Source: Selaginella moellendorffii
Taxonomy: Eukaryota > Plantae > Lycopodiophyta
Direction: 5' to 3'
NCBI RefSeq assembly: GCF_000143415.4
Contig: NW_003314319.1
Coordinates: 134,115 to 198,114, forward strand
DNA: 64,000 nucleotides
Both the position numbers and the translations under genes were made by a program. Below the pieces are notes generated by a model. It ran no database searches, was not told where the DNA came from, and saw only the letters and a program-made list of their open reading frames with translations. Shown here piece by piece: positions 59,269 to 64,000 of this stretch; positions within the stretch are counted from its first letter, which is position 1, and each line of letters starts with the position of its first letter.

Positions 59269-61509
59269 ATGCCCTTGCTCCGGCATTTGCTGCAAAGAAG
59301 CCTAGAATCTTTGCCAGATCGCCGGGAGCCAGAAGAGCTCATCCATCTCCTCCACACCTGCGCATCCCTGCGATTGGTCGATGGTGGTAGGAAGCTCCAC
59401 GCCCACATCTCCCGTCTGGGCCTTCTTGAAAGGGATGGGCGTCTCGCGAATCACCTCATCGACATGTATGGCAAGTGCGGGCATTTGGAGGATGCCAAGG
59501 CTGTGTTCCAAAGCCTTGACGCGAGTAAGAGGAGCTCTCTCTCGTGGAGCGCGCTCATCACGGCTCACGGCTCATGTGGATCGATCGGAGGAGCTGTTGG
59601 CCTGCTGGACGACATGGAGGAGCAGGGAATTCTCCCGGATCAAACCGCCCTCTTGACAGCGCTCAATCTTTGCTCCACACACGGCGCTCTTGCAGAGGGC
59701 ATTGTGGTACACAAAAGAATAGCGGATCGTGGGCTGGAGAAGAATGTGATAATCTCAAATGCGATTACCAACATGTATGGAAAATGCGGCAAGATTGACC
59801 AAGCCAAAGATTTCTTCGATAGAATGTATTTCCGAGACACAGTGTCTTGGAACACCATTGTTTCAGCATATGCCCAAAATGGGCATCAGTCAGATGCAGT
59901 AAAAATGCTCTTTGTCATGCAGCTCGAGGGTGTCAAGATTGGAAAAATTGGATTTGTTACACTCCTCAAGGCTTGCTGCGACAAAATTTTCCTGAAGAGC
60001 GGCAGACTCATTCACTCTTGTCTTGCGGAGGATGGTCTCCATGAGACAGACGTCACTGCCGGAACGAGCCTCGTTCATATGTATGCAAAGTGTGGCAGCC
60101 TTGCGGAAGCGCAAGAGATTTTTGAGCGGATGAGCTGCAAGAACAAGTTTGCATGGTCTGCTATGATCAGCGCTTACGTAGAACACGAAGAAACGAGATC
60201 TGCTCTTGAGTGTTTTCGTTTGATGCTGCTCAATGGTGTCGAGCCAGATGAGATAACTTTCGTGGCGGTTTTAGAGGCTTGCGGCGTCCCCAAGGCTGGA
60301 TGTTTTGTCCATGGCTTGATCCAAGAGTGTGGCTTCCAGAGCGTCCCATTTGTAGGAAACGCGCTGATAACCATGTATGGGAGGTGTGGCAGCGCAGATG
60401 AATCGAGGAGAGTTTTCGAGAGCATGGATTGTCCAAACGCAGTCGCCTGGTCGTCGATCATTGCAGCTCTCGCGGAGCAAGGCAATGGAAAAGGACCGGA
60501 GGCGATGGTGTTTCTTTGGCGCATGCAGCTAGAGAGCGTGAAGCCAAACAACGTAACTCTGGTGGCGGCGCTCAATGCGTGCTCGTCCCCGGCATTTCTG
60601 CGCGAGGGCCGACAGATTCACGCTCTAGCCGTGGAGTCTGGCTATGACACCTCTGACAAGATCGTGGGGAACGCGCTCGTCAACATGTTTGCAAAGTGTG
60701 GGAGCTTGCTTGATGCACGAGAAGCCTTCGCCAAGATCTCTCACAAGGATGCGACGTCGTGGAACGCCTTGATCACGATCTACGCACAGAACCAGCATGG
60801 AAAAATCGCACTCGATTCGCTAAAACGCATGCAGCTGGAAGGATTCCGGATGAACAAGCACACTTTCGTAAATGCTATCATTGCCTGCACGGAGATCTCC
60901 TCCTTGAAAGATGGCAAGCGCATCCACGGCTGGATTCGCGAGAGAGGAATGGATCTGGACGTTCTACTCGGCAACGCAGTGCTCAATCTCTACAGCAAAT
61001 GCGGGAGCCTGGACGCCGCGTACGCGGTGTTCCTCCAGCTGCGAAGAGAAGACGTGATAACCTGGAATGCAATGGTGGGAGCCTACGCTCGCCACGGCCA
61101 CGCGGAGCGAGCTCTCACGCTTTTCCGAGTGATGCAAATGGGATCCGGCACCATGCCAAACTCCATCACCTTCGTCAGCGTCCTCTCCGCGTGTAGCCAC
61201 GCCGGGCTCTTGGAGGACGCTCACTCCAGCTTTGTGTCGATGAGGAGCGACTATGGGATCGCCCCCGCTGCGAAGCACTACGTGTGCATGGTCGATCTTC
61301 TCGGGCGAGCCGGGAAGTTTGAGGAGATGGTACGTTTCGTGGGAAGCTCTCCAGTGGAGAGCGATGCCGTGGTGTGGAGGGCCGTGCTGGCGGCTTGCAG
61401 AAGCCACGGCAAAGTTGAGATTGGGAACCGAGCTGTTAAGCGGCTCTTGGAGCTGGAGCCGGGCTCACAAACAGCTTACATTGCTCTTGTTCATAATTAT
61501 ACCTTTTAA
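59269..61509 (+). CDS. PLS-class PPR protein with E domain, no DYW
   Basis: MYGKCG..A..F...W repeats; ACSHAGL, HYVCMVDLLGRAG, W.A.L.AC..HG..E.G..A...LLELEP....Y; stops right after. Confidence 0.94.
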   Translation: MPLLRHLLQRSLESLPDRREPEELIHLLHTCASLRLVDGGRKLHAHISRLGLLERDGRLANHLIDMYGKCGHLEDAKAVFQSLDASKRSSLSWSALITAHGSCGSIGGAVGLLDDMEEQGILPDQTALLTALNLCSTHGALAEGIVVHKRIADRGLEKNVIISNAITNMYGKCGKIDQAKDFFDRMYFRDTVSWNTIVSAYAQNGHQSDAVKMLFVMQLEGVKIGKIGFVTLLKACCDKIFLKSGRLIHSCLAEDGLHETDVTAGTSLVHMYAKCGSLAEAQEIFERMSCKNKFAWSAMISAYVEHEETRSALECFRLMLLNGVEPDEITFVAVLEACGVPKAGCFVHGLIQECGFQSVPFVGNALITMYGRCGSADESRRVFESMDCPNAVAWSSIIAALAEQGNGKGPEAMVFLWRMQLESVKPNNVTLVAALNACSSPAFLREGRQIHALAVESGYDTSDKIVGNALVNMFAKCGSLLDAREAFAKISHKDATSWNALITIYAQNQHGKIALDSLKRMQLEGFRMNKHTFVNAIIACTEISSLKDGKRIHGWIRERGMDLDVLLGNAVLNLYSKCGSLDAAYAVFLQLRREDVITWNAMVGAYARHGHAERALTLFRVMQMGSGTMPNSITFVSVLSACSHAGLLEDAHSSFVSMRSDYGIAPAAKHYVCMVDLLGRAGKFEEMVRFVGSSPVESDAVVWRAVLAACRSHGKVEIGNRAVKRLLELEPGSQTAYIALVHNYTF

Positions 61510-61727
61510 TTATAGAATAATAATTGCATTTCTATATTCACGGCAGTGAATTGCAGACGTCTGCAAGGGAAATCTATTAGATTGAATTGATATACCTCGA
61601 CAAGAGAGGAGCACGAGCAATCAATTGTAGCAGGCGCTGATTTCCAATTGAAATGGGAGGGAAAAATACTAGATGATTTAAGAGAATTAGCAGAGTACAC
61701 GTACTCGGAAAGTCAAGCTCGCTACGG

Positions 61728-62029
61728 ATGCCAGGAGAAATATCTCCTAGCCTAGGCAGCTCTACTATTTGGACTTGTCAGAAAATCTTCTGGGTGGCAG
61801 CCTTCCAGCTTCTCTGGGCAAGTCTTCGAGCCTCTCCATTCTCATGGTGGCAAGGAACAAGCTTCGAAAACTGGATTTCGGCCAGCTCCACCGGCTGGTT
61901 CACTTGGATCTCTCCCACAACGAGTTTGAAGGAGATCTATCAGCGTTGACTTCCAACACCAGCAACATCAGGATTGCAATGCCTGCTGCAAATCGGATTA
62001 TCAGCCACGCACCTCTACTTCCATTTTGA
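61728..62029 (+). pseudogene. LRR gene remnant
   Basis: GEISPSLG / LDLSENLLGGSLPASLGK.SSL..L....NKL...L..L.HLDLSHNEFEG in two frames, with no start or end. Confidence 0.75.
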
Positions 62030-62051
62030 GTATACAAATTTACAAATGGTG

Positions 62052-64000
62052 TTAAATATAGTCTTGTCTTTTGCCAGCAGCGTGAAGATTGGCAACCAAC
62101 ACATATGGAGAGCCACATTCAGGCCTAAACTCCACAATTTTCTCAGCTGCCCGAGCTGCCAGATCGTCGTTCTCGTAGAAAGTTGACGCTGCTAGCAAGC
62201 TCCCCCATGTAGCACCATGAGCGGCAAACGGCATCTTGTCTGTCACCTCTTCGGCACTATCAAGCTGCCCAGACCTCGCCAGAATGTCAACAACGCAGCA
62301 GTAGTGCTCCCGCGTGGGAGTCAACCCAAAGTCAGCGCGCATTGACACAAACTGTGTCAACGCCTCATTGACAAGCCCGGAATGGCTGCACCAGGCCAGA
62401 ATGGTCGCAAAGGCGATCCTGTCCGGCGCAACCCCTACCAAGTTCATCATCCGGAAGAGAAAGAGGGCTTTCCCTGCTGGCGCATGAGCCTTGATCATGG
62501 CATTCCACGACACGAGGTCCCGAACAGGCATTTCATGGAAAGTTGTGAGAGCTTCCTGAAAGAAGCCGTTTTGCTCGTAGGCCGAGGTCATAATGTTCCA
62601 TGCTGTGACATCGCGAGAGGGCATGGATGCAAATAGTTCCCTGGCCTCGCTCACTCTGCCGTAGTGAGAGAGCCCCGTGATCACTGTGCTCCATGACACA
62701 ACGTGCCTCTGCGGCATTCTGTCGAATGCGAGCCTGGCCTCATCCAAGCAGGAGAATTGGCAGTAGACTGCGATCATGGTGTTCCAAGACACTAGGGTTC
62801 TCTCAGGCATAGATTTGAATCTAGTTTGGCACTGCTCCAAGCAGCCATTCGTCCCAAATGCCACGAGCTCTACATTCCATGAGATGACACTGTGTTTTGG
62901 CATCCTTTCCAGGACCTGCAAGGCTTGAGCGAGACGCCCCGCTTGAGAAAACCCGGAAAGTAACGAGTTCCACGAAAATGGATCCCTTTCGGGCATAGCA
63001 TCGAAGCACGTCTTCATTTCTTCAACGTATCCAAGTTGGGCATTTGCTGCAACAACGGCATTCCAGGAGACGACATTGCAGGACGGCATTTTCTGGAACA
63101 TGATCTTCACAAGATTAATGGAGCTGTTCTGTGCGCCAGATGACATCAAAGCAGTCCAGGAGATCACGTTTCTTTCAGGCATTTGATCAAACATAAACTT
63201 TGCGCGATCAACACACCCGCTTTGAGCATAGGCTGACACTGCAATATTCCACGACACTAAGCTTCTGCATGGCATTTTATCAAACATCATCCTTGTCATG
63301 TCAATCTTACCATTCTGTAGAAATGATTTTGCTAGAGCATTCCAGGTACCCGCTGCTTTGCCTTGCGTTGAATCAAACATCTCTTTTGCCTGATCAAGAT
63401 GCCCCGCCCGGGCGTACAGTAAAATCATCACATTGCAAGCGATCAAATCCCTTTCCTCCATTGCAAGAAATATCCTCCTTGCCTGCGCATCCATTCCATT
63501 TTGCGCAAACGCAGTGATCATGGCCGTTGACGACACGGCATCGTGAAGTGGCATCCTCTCAAACACGGCACTGGCGCCCAGGATATGCCCGGCTTGGGCA
63601 TACGCATTGAATATCCTTGTCCAGGACAAAGAATTCTGTGACGGCATAACGTCAAACAGGGCTTTGGAATCCTCCAGACGAAGACCCGGTGCTTCGGCAA
63701 ATGTGGAAATCAGGCAGTTCCATGCTACCTCGTTCCGCTTAGGCATCCTGTCAAAGAACTTTCTAGCCAGATCAAATTGAAGGTACCGTACAAATGCCGT
63801 TATCATCAAGTTCCAGGTGATTAGATCGCGCCCGCGCATGCCATCGAACATCAATCGAGCGTCTTCAAAATATCCGTTCTGGGCATATGCAGTAATCATG
63901 GAGTTCCAGGAAACTGTATCAGGCATGGGGGCTCGATCGAACAAAAGCTTGGCTTCTTTCAGTCGCCCGTTTTGGTTGTAGACATTGAGCATAATGTTGC
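62052..64000 (-). CDS. PPR protein built from tandem short (~31 aa, S/SS-type) motifs with an E domain; 5' end lies beyond the window
   Basis: Repeats AQ.G..A...FD.MP.R..VSWN; C-terminal CSHSGL..HYCC.VD.L.RSG.L..A....MPF......W..LL.A..YVL..N. Confidence 0.94.
   Translation of the reverse strand, partial: NIMLNVYNQNGRLKEAKLLFDRAPMPDTVSWNSMITAYAQNGYFEDARLMFDGMRGRDLITWNLMITAFVRYLQFDLARKFFDRMPKRNEVAWNCLISTFAEAPGLRLEDSKALFDVMPSQNSLSWTRIFNAYAQAGHILGASAVFERMPLHDAVSSTAMITAFAQNGMDAQARRIFLAMEERDLIACNVMILLYARAGHLDQAKEMFDSTQGKAAGTWNALAKSFLQNGKIDMTRMMFDKMPCRSLVSWNIAVSAYAQSGCVDRAKFMFDQMPERNVISWTALMSSGAQNSSINLVKIMFQKMPSCNVVSWNAVVAANAQLGYVEEMKTCFDAMPERDPFSWNSLLSGFSQAGRLAQALQVLERMPKHSVISWNVELVAFGTNGCLEQCQTRFKSMPERTLVSWNTMIAVYCQFSCLDEARLAFDRMPQRHVVSWSTVITGLSHYGRVSEARELFASMPSRDVTAWNIMTSAYEQNGFFQEALTTFHEMPVRDLVSWNAMIKAHAPAGKALFLFRMMNLVGVAPDRIAFATILAWCSHSGLVNEALTQFVSMRADFGLTPTREHYCCVVDILARSGQLDSAEEVTDKMPFAAHGATWGSLLAASTFYENDDLAARAAEKIVEFRPECGSPYVLVANLHAAGKRQDYI

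Overview
Eukaryotic plant nuclear DNA, most likely the lycophyte Selaginella (inferred from ~50-60 bp introns, <200 bp intergenic spaces and PPR genes built from runs of short motifs). The window has three zones. (1) 0.2-9.9 kb: the convergent RCL1 / DExH-helicase junction is duplicated, and the two copies flank a ~7.5 kb insert holding a nodulin-like MFS transporter, a divergently transcribed 2-oxoglutarate/Fe(II) dioxygenase (2OGD) and a decayed PPR gene. (2) 9.9-37.1 kb: a compact block of apparently intact genes (DExH helicase, NXPE/PC-esterase-like, LMBR1-like, FHA protein, HOL-type methyltransferase, PPR, spermidine synthase, Raf-like kinase, four-MATH protein). (3) 37.6-64 kb: an AT-rich, dynamic zone with BSP/PR-17 and germin-like genes, disrupted INTS9 and DNA polymerase alpha copies, LRR remnants, a triple-palindrome element, an inverted second copy of the MFS-2OGD pair and two PPR genes. 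The two most notable observations are the MFS-2OGD pair, which stays intact in both copies while the co-duplicated PPR decays, and a recurrent 'shredding' of redundant gene copies by many small deletions. Exon boundaries were read by eye and no database search was run.
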